64,000 nucleotides of DNA from Eledone cirrhosa (GCA_964016885.1 OZ024742.1:267468001-267532000), one strand, 5' to 3'; positions 42,401 to 56,607 are shown, counted from the first letter of the stretch. Made by a program: numbers and translations. Notes: generated by a model from the sequence alone, not told the origin.

Positions 42401-43170
42401 CTTTTTGTCTAGGATTTGTCCGCGAAGGCTCAAACTTATGCAATGCCGACTACGTCCACACTCGACAACCTCCACCTGGTTTCGGTGGGGCGTAAGATCA
42501 ACTTAGCTCAATCAAAAGCTTTCGATGTGGTTCACCATCGATACATTGAGGCTCTCCTCAGGGAAGCTGGCTTCGATCCCGTCTTCGGAGGCTGCATCGC
42601 TGCAATGCACAACGGCATCTGAATGGTGGTTAAATTTAATGGCCATCATATCGAACCATTTCAGATCTCATGATCTGTTGAGGGTGCATTCTCTCATCCG
42701 TTCTGTACGTATTCACTCTCGAGCCTTTATTAGAGCTGGTGTAGTTCATCCCGGTCGGACCGCGTATATATGTCGCACAGAAAGGTTGTGCGACATATAT
42801 AGGTGACATCACCGTGACGGTGTCGAACACCTCGGAAATCGAGGTGGTCGGCACCTTTTTAGGGGAATATTAAAGGTTGATATGCACAAAACTATACCCG
42901 GAAAGGGTTTGGGCTTGCAGTTCGGCACTTGGAGAAGCAAGTCCATGCTTTGTATCTGCGTCATCGGGCTCTTGATGGACGGACCAGTAAAGTCGGTCCG
43001 GGTTTGGTTCAGACCAAACATCTAGGTAGATATGAATTGGGATGACGTTACGTACAGCGTAGCCACTCTTACCCAGAAATGGACCCAGAGGAAGCTGTCC
43101 CTAAAAGGTCGAATGTAGGTGGTGAACGCATACATCACGTCTGCCATATACTACAACCTGACCGTCGTGT
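39440..43170 (+). mobile_element. Decayed L1/Tx1-like LINE (ORF1 remnant, APE endonuclease, RT)
   Basis: IAVRETR..GGITVLF..LVAVY..LLLVGD (APE); NFGPIILMDTHFKIL, NLAQSKAFDVVHHRY (RT); many stops; 5' boundary uncertain. Confidence 0.75.
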
Positions 43171-43329
43171 TTGATACAAGCATTGCAACTGCAAGTGAAT
43201 GTTACCCTATTCTAGTTGGTTGATTTTGTATTAGTGCTCTTTTATACTTCTAATGATAGTTCTTCTATTCCTGAGATTTCTACACTTAGTTTTGTTCACA
43301 GATGTTGTTGAGGGTATGATTTGCACATA

Positions 43330-44205
43330 TATTTGTAACGGTGTCTTCAAATATGAGACAATAAATTTGAATTAATTCACTTTGGAAAAGGTGATGCATT
43401 GATGTTATCATATTCCCACCCCTTGGGTACACTCCTCGTTGCATCACACAAAAGCACAGACCTTGGAGTAATTGTTGACACCAAATTAACCAGGAGTACT
43501 CACATAAACATCTAAGTTGTCTCCTCCCATAGGATGTGTTCCTGGATTCTCAGAACTTTCCGGTCTAGAGAAATTCACCCCATCATTTTACACTACTTTA
43601 CGTTTGCCCGGTCCTACTTTGAATACTATTGTCCACTTTGGTTTCTTTACACAAAACAAAGTATCATAAAATTTGAAGCTCTCCAGTTGTCAATTACAAG
43701 AAATATAGACTACTGGAATCGATTAGAAAAACTCGAATTCTACTCTACAACGATTCCACTAGTGCTACATTATCTGTATGACGTGGAAAGTTTTCCATTA
43801 ATATTGCCTAAATGATGTTATCACCGCCTTTAAAATCCAAGGTTTGGTTCCCGTGCTAACTACCCACAACAAATATCAAACTGGCATATCATAGCAACCA
43901 TACAATACAACTATTATACTTCAACTGGCCCCGCTCACTTTAATATCATACCAAAATACAGCAATACAGAGAAAAGATCCCTTAATATTCAGAGGTTTCC
44001 AAGACAAATTCCTCCAATAAATTCCGAATAAACTCTCTACACCTGGATATGTCTTCGAGAATAAAAACTTCTTATTAGAATGTGCTACGGTGTCTAAAAC
44101 ATGACTAAGTTGTGAACCCATAATCTAAAAGTCTTCGTCAGCTAGAGCTCTTAATTTAGACATGGCCTTGGATAACACTGACCGAAACCTATCAATGTTA
44201 TCAAA
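43330..44205 (+). mobile_element. CR1/L2-group LINE RT 3' fragment
   Basis: DLGVIVDTKL..RMCSWILRTFRSRE..YFTFARSYFEYYCPLW..DYWNRLEKL. Confidence 0.7.
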
Positions 44206-44387
44206 TTATATATATATATATATATATACGTATACACATAACGAACGAGAGAAAATAGTTCTCAATACCGAAGTAGAGTTTCAATATTCATTTATTATGC
44301 CTAAATAGTGAGTCTTGTTACTTCGGAGTTTCATCTGCTTGCTCACAGATACATCACACAAGAACTGAACTATATATATAGTTCAGT

Positions 44388-45047
44388 TCTCTCTGGTGTG
44401 TTACCTTCTCAACATATTGTATTTTAAAGAGCTCAGGATCTCTTCTCCTTTGAACACATTATTTACAGGGAATAGCGAGGGCCTATGCCTCCGTTAATTT
44501 ATCGTGATATTTCGCTCCTAATAACAGTCTTTCCTATCTCTGTTTGGTTGAGCACACTTCTCTGAGTGGCTTTGGGCTGCCCTTTCTAGCAGTTCGTTCC
44601 TCAGAGGCCACTGGTTCACTGCCCTTAAACACGCTGTGACTTCTCTCTCCCACGTGTAGCTGGACAGTCAATTTTAAAATTCTCTTAGTGTTGTCTGAAA
44701 TGTATGGCCTTAACCACGCTGATGAACTGAGCCTAGACCATTTCTTTCAACAAATTTTTGGTGAAACATATCTTTGGATTTGTACGTGTGTTATATAGTT
44801 ATAGAGGTATTTATTTACGCTTTAATTTATATTTTTAATTATCGTGTCTATAGTCTGCCTTTCATAGGTTATAGATTCCATACACTGGTGGTTTTTCTCC
44901 CTGTATTATTGATAACGCACTATATATCTCTCTCTGGTGTGTTACCTTCTCAACATATTGTATTTTAAAGAGCTCAGGATCTCTTCTCCTTTGAGAACAT
45001 TATTTACAGGGAATAGCGAGGGCCTATGCCTCCGTTAATTTATCGTG
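44388..45047 (+). mobile_element. Retrozyme-like monomer (541-nt period, ~120-nt terminal direct repeat) with decayed HHR at 44714-44777
   Basis: 44388-44508 repeats at ~44929-45047; CCACG-CTGATGA-ACTGAG..TTTGGT-GAAACATATC-TTTGG. Confidence 0.7.
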
Positions 45048-45124
45048 ATATATATATATATATATATGACGGCGATGAATTTGTTTTGCGAGGTTTTTGA
45101 TATGAAATCATGTGTCGAAACAGA

Positions 45125-45450
45125 TATTGTTATACTTGGGGAGGATCATATTGTTGTAACCATATTGCCAGAAATAATTGTTTCTACTTTAGGCACAAGG
45201 CCAGCAAATTACCCAGTGCATAAATAATAACAGAACACACGCACTGTTTAGTTGGTTTTCGCTTCTGTATCTTTAATATCTCCATAGTTAATTCATTCGC
45301 CAATCAATGTTTATCATTTGATTGGCCAACGGTCGAAAATACAGATATAAATACATATATATAGTCTAACAAAGTTCTTTCGTTGCACATCTCCAGCATC
45401 ACCAGTGGTACTATTATGTTTCCTCCTCTTGTATTGTATGTCTACGCCAG
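45125..45450 (-). mobile_element. 3' terminal piece of the same Penelope group as 155-635 and 16456-16760, with a short SINE fragment inside
   Basis: TTGTTATACTTGGGGAGG.TCAT terminus and TCTTTCGTTGCACATCT motif. Confidence 0.7.
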
Positions 45451-47454
45451 AAAAATGGCGTAATAAAAAGGGCAGATAACCCGGATGTTTTAGGGAAGAG
45501 AATTTGATCAAAAACCCTGAACAAATGGTAACATTACTAATAATTTTGAGTGGGATAAAAAAATAGATAGGCTAAGAGAGATATAAATCGATATTAAGGA
45601 GACCATTTCTTCAAAGGGTATTTAGAAATATAAGAACATCTTGAGAAGAACACAGTCCACATGTTAAGTGGTCTGTTATTGTGGAGATTATACAATATAG
45701 ACCATTTCTCATCATTATATTCTGCAGGACTTGTATATGTGTTCTTGTATATTAGCAATGGAAGTGTGTTTGTATGTGTTTGTTTTTGCCGTGTGTGCGA
45801 GCACGTCTGTGTCTGGTTGCCTGGGTGAATTATACCATGTATGATGAGTGTGTGTGTTGTTAGCTGTGTGTGCTTACTTGAGTTAGTATGTGTGAAATAT
45901 GATTGTGTTTATGTATGTGTGGTTGTACGCCTGTCTGTGTGAGTTTGTGTGTGTATAACAATTGAGAAGAGATATGCATAGTTTGTATTCCGATGTTTCA
46001 GTAGTTAGATTTCAGAAGTTGTGTTGGGAATGGCAGCATAGCGATGTCGAGAAAAAAATGTATATTATAAAGGTCGTCATTAGACCAGGAAACTGTGTGA
46101 TAGATGACAGATGTAATGAAAGCGGGGAATGAAGGGGACGGGATGTGTATATCTCATTAGGATGAAGGCTAGGGTGTGTCAAAACAATAGATTTGTCTGA
46201 CAGAATTCAAAAGAATTTAAAAGAATTGAGGAATTCAAAGAGCTCTCCTATTTTATGTATGTGTGTACGCAATGGGAGTGGTGTATATTTTCGTAGTGTT
46301 GATGGTGGTGGTGTGTGTGTTTAGGTATATTATTGGTCTATGGTCCCAATTAGTGTATGTGTTTATAAAAACGTACGAAAATTAACAAACAGAAGACAAG
46401 ACACCAAACGATAAGAAGGCAAAATGAAATCTAATTTTTAAAAGGCGACAATTTAAATTATTTAAAAAAAAACAAAAAAAAACAACTGAAAGTCACAGAA
46501 CTCGAACGTCCTCAGCCATTGAGTTGGACTTTGGCAGTTTCGACCCATAACAATGGCACTGTTGGTCCACCCGGGGTCACCGCATCTGACACAGGCCAAA
46601 CCGTTGTCCGTGGAGTAAGCGAAAAGAGAACATAATAACTTATAGCAATTAAGATATATCATGTACACATAAAATTTCATGTGACGGAAGGGAGAAATTG
46701 TTGTGTTTTATAGCACAACAGTCTGGTAGGACAAACACAGAAAAGAAAGAAAAGAAAAAGTATAAAGAAAGAAGTTAAGAAGAATAAAGTAAGATATCGT
46801 GTTAAATGTAAATCATTAAAATTTTTGGGTGGATAAGAGAGAACACGTACATCACAGATTAGTAATAATAAAGTTTGGGAAATTAACAGACAAGACAACA
46901 AACGAAAACAAGGCTAAACAGTTTAGTATGTATGTATAGGGGTGGGGTTGTTGGGGTATGTGTCGTGTGTACGTCTGTGTGTCTGCATCATATAGAGAGT
47001 ATGTAACTGAGAATTTGCCTGGGCTATTTGGGTGTGTGTGTGTGTGTGTGTAAGCGTGTGTGTCAGTTTGGATCTAGTTCTGTTTGACTCTGTGTTGGTG
47101 CGGTGTTTATGTGTCTGGCTGTTTTGAACGTGTGCTTTTGTGTATACGTGTCTGTGTCTGCAGTTTTCGCTATGTTTATGTTTGAGTGTGTTATTGTTTC
47201 GTTTTCTAATAATATTAGTTTATTTATAAAGTATATATTATTATTATTTAATGGACGGTGGTTTGGCAGTATCGGTAGAGGCTCGGACAACATGCCTTGC
47301 AGCACAGAGTTACGCCCCTTTCTGATCTGAGTTCAAATCTTGCCAAGGTTAACTTTGCTTTTCATCCTTACGAGGTCGATAAAATAAAGTACCAGTAATG
47401 CACTGGATAATTTCTGGCCTTGTGCCAAATGTAGAAACAATTATTTAATGTAAT

Positions 47455-48370
47455 TCACTCTTTGAAGCTATTTCTCAGTTTTGATGTTGTCTTCCTGTTT
47501 CTTCTACAACAACTACAACGGTACGCGATGGAGCCACCCGCAGTCCCGGCGGACAGAATGGAGAAGGCGTTTCCCAGGAGGAGGGCGACGGAGACGCGCT
47601 GGAAGAGCCACTCCAACTCGCGGGGCTCACACCTGCGGGTGGCCAGCTCAGCGCCTATGGGGGTGAGTAAGGAGGTAGCCATGGGGCCGAGGACACCAGA
47701 AGTCTCCACTACCAGGGATGCGACCGCAAACCTGTCGGAGAGCGACCGGTATTTGAGGAGTTTGGCCCTCTCAGCCCGACGTGAAGCAGAACCTGGGTCA
47801 GTCGCAGGTTGCACCAGGTTGCGGCTGCAGAAAGAGTCGGTGCAAGTGGCATCCCAGACGAGGGGTTTGCCACCGCGGAACGAGAAGATGGTCATGCCAT
47901 CTGGCCTTTTGCCGTTCCCTCGATCCAGCCCCATCGGCTCGAGCCGGGAAGGGAAGCCTGCAGCGTCCAAGCCATGCTTAATGACCTCGTTGAGGGCAGT
48001 ATGGCGTGGAATGCGACCGGCACTGTGGCGACAGGAAAGCGGGTGGAGGCCGAAAGAGTCCACGGTGGAACCACAGCGATATGGGTGTGGCTGGGAGATC
48101 CAGAAGCCGAGCCTCAGGGAAACGCCGGTGCGCAGTCTATGATTGTCTAGCTGCGTGCCAGTGGAGAAGGAGGGCAGGGCATGGAGCCAGGCACCACTGT
48201 GGGGTTTGGAGGCCGCACGAAAACTAGCAAAGCGGTGCTGGTCAAGGTGGCGCGTGGGCCTGTCTGAGGCCAGGCTGCACTGGATGGCATTCCAAGTGCG
48301 TTGGGGGGACTTGACGTCAACAGGAAGAGAAGGAGGAGCGATGTCTACTGGGCTAAGTTCCAGCCGGTCA
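47455..48370 (-). mobile_element. CRE-clade-like non-LTR retrotransposon C-terminus (Zn knuckle + restriction-like endonuclease)
   Basis: SGAWLHALP, CGSTVDSFGLHPLSC, RH.ALNEVI, KRPDGMTIF..GKPLVWDATC, VETSGVLG, LFQRVSVALLLGNA; GC-rich island. Confidence 0.85.
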
Positions 48371-49015
48371 CTAGTATATATTAGTGTGGTTGGTAGTAAA
48401 AGGTAGGAGGCATGAAAGAGCTATTTATAATGATGAGGCACGAGAGAGCCTGATTTTGAATACTTAACACAAATGGAGAGAGCTTATATACAAAGGAAGA
48501 ATATTAAAAAAAGTCATGTGCAGGCTTTGGTGAAATTATTTTGTGTTGTTTATTTATCATTCGAGCTTTCGCCACACGTGGCGTCGTAGATTAATAAATA
48601 TAATAGATAGCACTAGTAACAAGTAAATAGGTAGTATTCTCTTACGCACACAGACATATATACAGGTATATATAAATCAGTGTTTCTCAAACCTTTTGAC
48701 CCCCGGGCCCACTTTTAGCTCCCGAAAAATGTACGGGCCCACTTATTTTACAAGCGTAAACTAGTGCTCAAAAACTATTCCGGACTATAACCCCACATGA
48801 TATATATACTAGGGCTTCTCAATCTTTTTGTTCTCCCGACCCACTTTACTCCCTAGAAATTGCCAGGGTCAGTGCTCAAAGAGCATTCTGGAACACTTAC
48901 CCCCATATGATCCCAACTGCATTTAAATTTCACGAGTGAAGAACACGAATTCTTGATAAAAAGTCAATAAAAAATAAGAAAAAATGTAATGGTCGTTTTA
49001 ACAATGCTCAAATGC

Positions 49016-49880
49016 TCAGTGGCAGTGGCTGCACTGCTCCTGGTGTCTTTCAACAAGACTGTCGATTTGGACTTCAAAGGATTGGTTCAACTTGAGCCGC
49101 AAATCTCCCCAGTTCATGGTTTGAAGAAGGTTTCTTTTTCTCAAAAAAATATCATTTAGCGTGGAAAAACCAGATTCAACAAGCCACGTTGTAGGAAAAG
49201 AGAGAATAAAAGGAAAGGCTTCATCATAAAGGTTTGGAAATATTTTTTCGACATTAAGCAAGCCAAGAAGGCCCTCGCGTTCCATTCTTCCCATCAATAG
49301 CGCATTCTCTTTGAGTTGCAGCAAGTCAACTGCAATATTAGGATCCAGAGTTTCGACGCTAATAACATCAAAGTTTTGAATGTCCAACAGCCACTGCGGG
49401 GGCTTCCTGTTCAGTATATCATGAAATCGTCGTTTGCAATCAGTTTGTAAATTTCTTATGTGGTCGACGCAGTTGATCAAAACAGCGTCAGAAGGTGTGG
49501 TTTTGGAGAGATTTGGAAAGCATGCGAATTCACGTCTCTGCAGATGATTGGACCATAAACTAAGCTTAGAGATGACGGATCGATTTTTTTCCGTACAATA
49601 CACTATTGTAGTCGCACGGCCTTGAAAGGTCCTGTTTAATGAACTAACGTGTGCAAAAATATCAGCCAGATAAAAAATGTTGGTCTTGGTATCGTTGTGG
49701 CTTAATTTTTCGACTAGGAGGCTTGCTCTTTCTCGTTGAATTCGTCTGCATGCCTCAGCCGCCATTTGATGTATGAATAGAAAAAGCGGATCCCATAATT
49801 TTACGAGACGATTTAGAAATTTCCCTTGGAAAGCCAGCGAACCACGGTATGTAAAAGAATTGCACGATGTTCCTCATTTT
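49016..49880 (-). pseudogene. hAT transposase C-terminal half including the dimerisation region
   Basis: ORF 49016-49765 plus frameshifted upstream RWLS motif. Confidence 0.85.
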
Positions 49881-49881
49881 C

Positions 49882-50000
49882 GTTAGGGTTAGGGTTATGG
49901 TTGGGTTAGGTTTGGGTTAGGGTTAGGGTTAGGGTTAGGGTTAGGGTTAGGGTTAGAGTTTGGGGTGGGTTAGGGTTAGGGTTGAATTAATCCTAACCCT
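49882..50000 (+). repeat. Interstitial (TTAGGG)n tract followed by a short inverted CCTAACCCTAA
   Basis: About 100 bp of perfect and degenerate TTAGGG units interrupting the transposase. Confidence 0.9.
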
Positions 50001-50037
50001 AAAAATAACCCAAACATTTGTTTTAGTCACTTTACGG

Positions 50038-51358
50038 ATATAAACAACGGGAGTAACTTTCGTTGGGGTTCACCGGGCGAAATTAATTCAGTGGCGAAAT
50101 TAATTCAGTAACCCAAGACGAAATGTAAAAACCTCAACCCAATTTCATTTCTATTGCACCCACATTTATAGCGTCCGAGATTTCAGGAACAGACATGCCT
50201 TGAGTACACACAGGTGTGCATGAATGTGCAAGAACGCAGACATATGCAGGTGTCTGCATTATTGAACCCCAAATATTGCAGGTCAACTTAAGTCATATGA
50301 TTTTATCACAGAACATTCAGACTTAAACAAGTTTATCATTTTATGTGATCTTAAGTTCCAAGACAGTCTAAAAAAATGTTCAGGCCCACTGAAATTTCTC
50401 CGGGCCCACTCAAAATTGTCCCGGGCCCACTGAGAGGGCCCTTGGCCCACCGTTGAGAACCACTCATATGAATTTAATCTGAGTTTTCGAATATTAATAA
50501 TAATATTCGATTCATTTGCAATTATGCAGACAAGCCTCGTTTTTCAAGCCATGTTAGAAGAATGGGCCCCTCATTCTTGCTCTTGTGTTGGCATGTAAAC
50601 AGAACTGTAGACAGTAATGTTACTGCTAATATGCAGATCTGACTGTTCAGCCAGTCTACTAATATGCAAATCATGCCAGTCAGTCACTGTATATTTTAGA
50701 AAATATATATTTTCACTAGCTCTGACAGGTTGAGAGTTAACAGTGAACTGTACTGATGAAGGGTAATACCCAAAAGCATTGGTGTCTGCAGTTCTGTTTA
50801 CATGGCAACACAAGAGCAAGAACGAGGGGCTCATTCTACTAACATGGCTTTACAAACGAGGCTTGTCTGCATAATTGCAAATGAATCGAATATTATTATT
50901 AATATTCGAAAACTCAGATTAAATTTATATCAGTGGTTCTCAACGGTGGGCCAAGGGCCCACTCAGTGGGCCTGGGACAATTTTGAGTGGGCCCGGAGAA
51001 ATTTCAGTGGGCCTGGAAATTCTTTCAGACTTTCTTGGAACTTAAGATCACAGAAAATGATAAACTTTTTTAAGTCTGAATGTTCTGTGTTAAAATCATA
51101 TGACTTAAGTTGACCTGCATTATTTGGGGTGCAATAACGCAGACCCCTGCATATGTCTGCGTTCTTGCACATTCATGCACACCTGTGCGTATTCAAGGCA
51201 TGTCTGTTCCTGAAATCTCGGACGCTATAAATGTGGGTGCAATAGAAATGACATTGAGTTGAGGTTTTTACATTTCGTCTTGGGTTACTGAATTAATTTC
51301 GCCACTGAATTAATTTCGCCCTGTGAACCCCAACGAAAGTTACTCCCGTTGTTTATAT
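50038..51358. repeat. Inverted duplication, ~575-bp arms (50038-50613 / 50784-51358), ~170-bp spacer
   Basis: Arms are reverse complements with scattered substitutions; include hAT TIR, TSD and flank. Confidence 0.9.
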
Positions 51359-53119
51359 AAGCCTAGAGATCTTCAAGGTGGCAGATAACATCAAAGAGTT
51401 ATTGAGCAAAAGTATGAAGTCCTGAGAAACAGAGTTAAGATCAGGTGGAGAATCCTTGGGAGGCGTGAATATCAAGAAAGTTACCTTCCAGGGAGATAGT
51501 TTGCCCGCTCTGCTGTTTGACCTTGCCCTGATATCCCTGGTCGTTATATTGCGAACGGTGAGAGCAGGATACAAGTTGGGAAAATGAGAGCTTACCATTA
51601 ACCACCTCCTCTTCATGAGCGATCTTAAACTCTTTGGGAAGAGAGAGAAGGAGTTGGATGTCCTTGTTGACACTGTCCGTATTTTCAGCAATCATATATG
51701 TATGGAATTTGGTATTAATAAGTGTGGAGTCCTAGTGATGAAGTGGGATAAATTGAGCAGAAGCAACGGAATCCAGGTACCAACAAGTGAGAAGATAAAG
51801 GAAATTGACACTGATGAGGGATACACATATTTAGGTTTTCTGGAGGCAGATGACATCAAGAACAAAAAAAATGAAGGAATTGATATGATCTGAGTACATA
51901 AGGAGAGTAAGGAACGTATTAAAATCACATCTAAATAGTAGGAATATCATAAGTACAGTAAATTCCCGAGCTGTGTCTATTATTGGGTGCAGTGCGGGAA
52001 TTCTGAAATGGAATGTTGCTGAACAAAACGAAATGGATAGGAAGACTAGGTAGCTATTGACTATCTACAACATGTCCCACAAGAGGAGTGATGTCGAAGA
52101 CTCTACTTAGAGAGATCTGAAGGTGGAAGTGGTCTTATCAGCATAGAAGACTGTGTTCAGATGGAGAAAAACAACCTGCACAAATACGTGACTGACAGTA
52201 GGGAGCCAATGATCAAAATTGTACTGAAGGAGAAGACAATAGACCAGGGGATGTCCAAGGAGGAATTAACAACAAGGAGGAAGACCAACCTTCATGAAAA
52301 ATCCCTTCATAGCACCTTCTTTAAGAAAACTGAATTTAGAGTTCCACAGACATGGAACTGGTTAGAAAGTGGAGCTGTTTAAAAAGCTACAGAAGGAATG
52401 CTAATGGCTGCGCAAGAGCAAACCCTCAGAACAAATTGGGTGAAACACCACATTGACAAGGAGGAGGCTAGCTCACTGTGTAGGATCTGGGGAGAGAGAG
52501 AGGAGACTGTGGCTCACATTGTATCCGAGTGTAAACACCTAGCCCAGACTCACTATAAAGGCTGGAGACATGATGTGATAGGCAGGGTGATCCACTGGCA
52601 TATATGCAAAGTAAACAATTTACCACATTCTGAAAAGTGGTATGAGCATAAGCCAGAGTTCATAGAAAACGATCAGGTGAAGGTGCTATATGATTTTAGG
52701 ATACAGACGGACAAGAAGTTAGAACACAATAGGCCTGACCTGGTTGTTTTGGACAAGGAAAAAAGATCGTGCCTGATTGTAAATGTAGCCTACCCATTTG
52801 ACACGAGAGTGCAAGAAAAGGAGAGGGAGAAAATTAACCGATACCAGGATTTAAAGTGAGAGTCAAAAAGGATTTGGAATTGCTATGAAATCAAGGTTGT
52901 CACGATTATCATAGGCGCACTAGGTACTATATCAAAGAGTTTCTAAGGATGGTTAAAGAAGATAAGTCCAGCCCCGCTTTTTGGAACGCTTCAAAAGGCA
53001 TGCCTGCTGGCAACAGCAAGAACCCTCCGAAACGTCCTGAATATCTGAAGCTGCAGGTAGCGGCTTGATATTAATTTCAACAAACTTTCCAGTTAAATAA
53101 CATCAATGACTCAAAGAAC

Positions 53120-53157
<38 letters not shown>
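51358..53157 (+). mobile_element. 5'-truncated R4/Dong-like LINE (RT, CCHC knuckle, RLE) with (TAA)n tail
   Basis: FQGDSL, NHLLFMSDLKLF, YTYLGFLE, AAQEQTLRTN, CRIWGEREETVAHIVSEC, NRPDLVVLDK..IVNVAYP, EKINRYQDL; several stops. Confidence 0.9.
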
Positions 53158-53158
<1 letters not shown>

Positions 53159-53910
53159 TGTTTCTACTTTTGGGACAAGGCCATCAATTATCCAGTACAT
53201 TCCTGGTACTTTATTTTATCGACCCCGTAAGGATGAAAGGCAAAGTTAACCTCGGCGGGATTTGATCTCAGACCGCAAAGGAACGTAACTATGCTGGAAA
53301 GCATGGCGTCCGACCCTCTACCGATACTGCCAATCCACCGCCCTTTATATAATAATAATAATAATAATAATAATATTAAGTATAGTGTCAGAAAAACAGG
53401 AATAAATAGGGAGGAAAAATTGGTGAGAAGGGGATATTAATTGAGAGTTTCATTCCTTAACATATGTATCTGTACAATATTCCGCTTACAGTGGCATTGT
53501 TCTTCCTTATTGCAACGACTTGAACTTGATGCCGAGTGGACGCACTTCATTTTTCTCGATCTCTCTGACCTGTCACAACACATTATATAAACGGAGATAT
53601 TGATTTCTCCGTCGTTACGAGCTAACTATCTTTCGCAGTTCTTTCAGTGAAATCGTTGAAATTGCAAGTTGTCTGAAAGCTGATGAGTGTATTTAAATGT
53701 TTGTGATTTCCTATCTTCGGTTCTATTTTTTTCTACCTATAAATTTTTCGAGCCAACCTACTATGAGTCTCTGATTTCTATCCTTCGGGGTAATATTTTA
53801 CTAAACGGTGTTTCGATGGCATTTTGCTGCTTTCACAACTTCCTTACGCCATACTTATCCATTTTCCTAGACATTCTAATACGCTCGCGTTTCAAAACAC
53901 GATATTCAAG

Positions 53911-53954
<44 letters not shown>

Positions 53955-53965
53955 CTTGAATATCG

Positions 53966-54913
<948 letters not shown>

Positions 54914-56398
54914 TGTGTATTGCTGAGTGGTTAGAAAATTGGATTCGCAATCATGAGGTTGTGAGTTCGATCCCTGGATGGGGCAATGCGTTATGTCCTT
55001 GAGCAAGACACTCTATTTCACGTTACTTCTTCTACCTGGAGTTGCGACCGATAGATAGTATTAGCATTTGGAAAGACCAACGGAAACATTGTTTCTTCGG
55101 TCCGATTTGACGGAAGTCGATCGACTGTCTTTATATAAATATGTGTGTGTGCGCGCGTGTATGTGTGTGCGCGTGTGTATTATGTATGTATATAAAAATT
55201 CACAAAACTGCTTATTTAGCTGCCCTTGCTATTGACATTCTGAACGTTAATACACTCTTAAATGTAACACTACGTTTCCGTAGTCCAACACATTCGTAGT
55301 ATACTCTGAATAATAAGGTAAATATATCAGAATCGATTACAGCAATGTGACTGTCAAAATTATGTACTTGTGCCTCAGCTTGAACGACAGAATACTAGCA
55401 CCTTTTGTGTATTTAGATATTTTCTCCGTGTTATATTTCCTAGTTAAGTCTCTAGTGATATTACAGTAAATTAAATTTGTACACATGTGCGTGAGTATAT
55501 GTATGTACGAGTCTATATTTTTTTAAATGTGTGTATAAATGTATATTTTCATATTCTCATCAATCTTCGACATTTTTCTCATTATAAACATCTATCAATC
55601 AATCAGTCAGACTATCCCTGTCTCTATGTCCCTCCCTCTCTCTCTATCTATATATCTATCCTCATTCCTCTGTGTATACCTATAGGTGTATATAACTACG
55701 TATCACTCTATCCGTAAAAAGACCTATATTCCTCAATCTATCTTACTTTTTCTGTCTTATGCACACACACACATGTACACACAAACACACATATATATCT
55801 GTGTATGTACATACACGCATAAATACACACAAAGATATATATATTGGTTCTCTTTATATACACATATATTAGTGGTTTCATAATCTGCCACACACTCACA
55901 AACGCACACATGTAAAAGTCTAACATACTTATTCACTTACCACTTACATTAAACCATATGACAGTAATACATCGAGCCATATATAAAATGAATTATGAGA
56001 CAGATGTAAAGATTCAGTAAAAGGAATCAGCGCACATTCTCTCAAGGGTTATATCAAACTGAGTAAGCATCCCTTTGACCAATGATATGGAGTTTTTTCA
56101 TGTATTAATGTCTGTGTTAATTTGAAATAAACTATGTAGTGTATTGCATTACACATTTAGAGAGATAATATATCAGACTAACATATAGAAATATTAATAG
56201 ATCGATATGCACATAAAGCATACAAAGATTCACATACATACACATGTTTACATACATGTCTATATGTTTACGTACATAAGAATGTTACGTTAATGTATGT
56301 AGTTAAGAATATATCTCTATACCCATCTCTACCTATCCATCTATCAATATGATTATCTTTCTATCCTTCTCTTCCTCTTAACCACTACCACTCTCTCT

Positions 56399-56434
<36 letters not shown>

Positions 56435-56492
56435 ACATACACACACATGTATATGTATATATATGTACATATATATGTATACACACACACAC

Positions 56493-56607
<115 letters not shown>

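Larger units (their letters stand above)
48678..50465 (-). mobile_element. hAT (Charlie/Buster-like) transposon, internally deleted, with TIRs and 8-bp TSD
   Basis: TIRs CAGTGTTTCTCAA / TTGAGAACCACT(C); TSD ATATAAAT / ATATGAAT; transposase LLHTVVRWLSKG, FYLADIF, FPTTWLVESGFS. Confidence 0.9.

Noticed and set aside
47462-48142. 226-aa plus-strand ORF
   Set aside because: Antisense shadow of the GC-rich CRE-like frame
49882-50000. True telomere or chromosome fusion site
   Set aside because: Short, degenerate and nested inside a transposon that has intact TIRs and TSD
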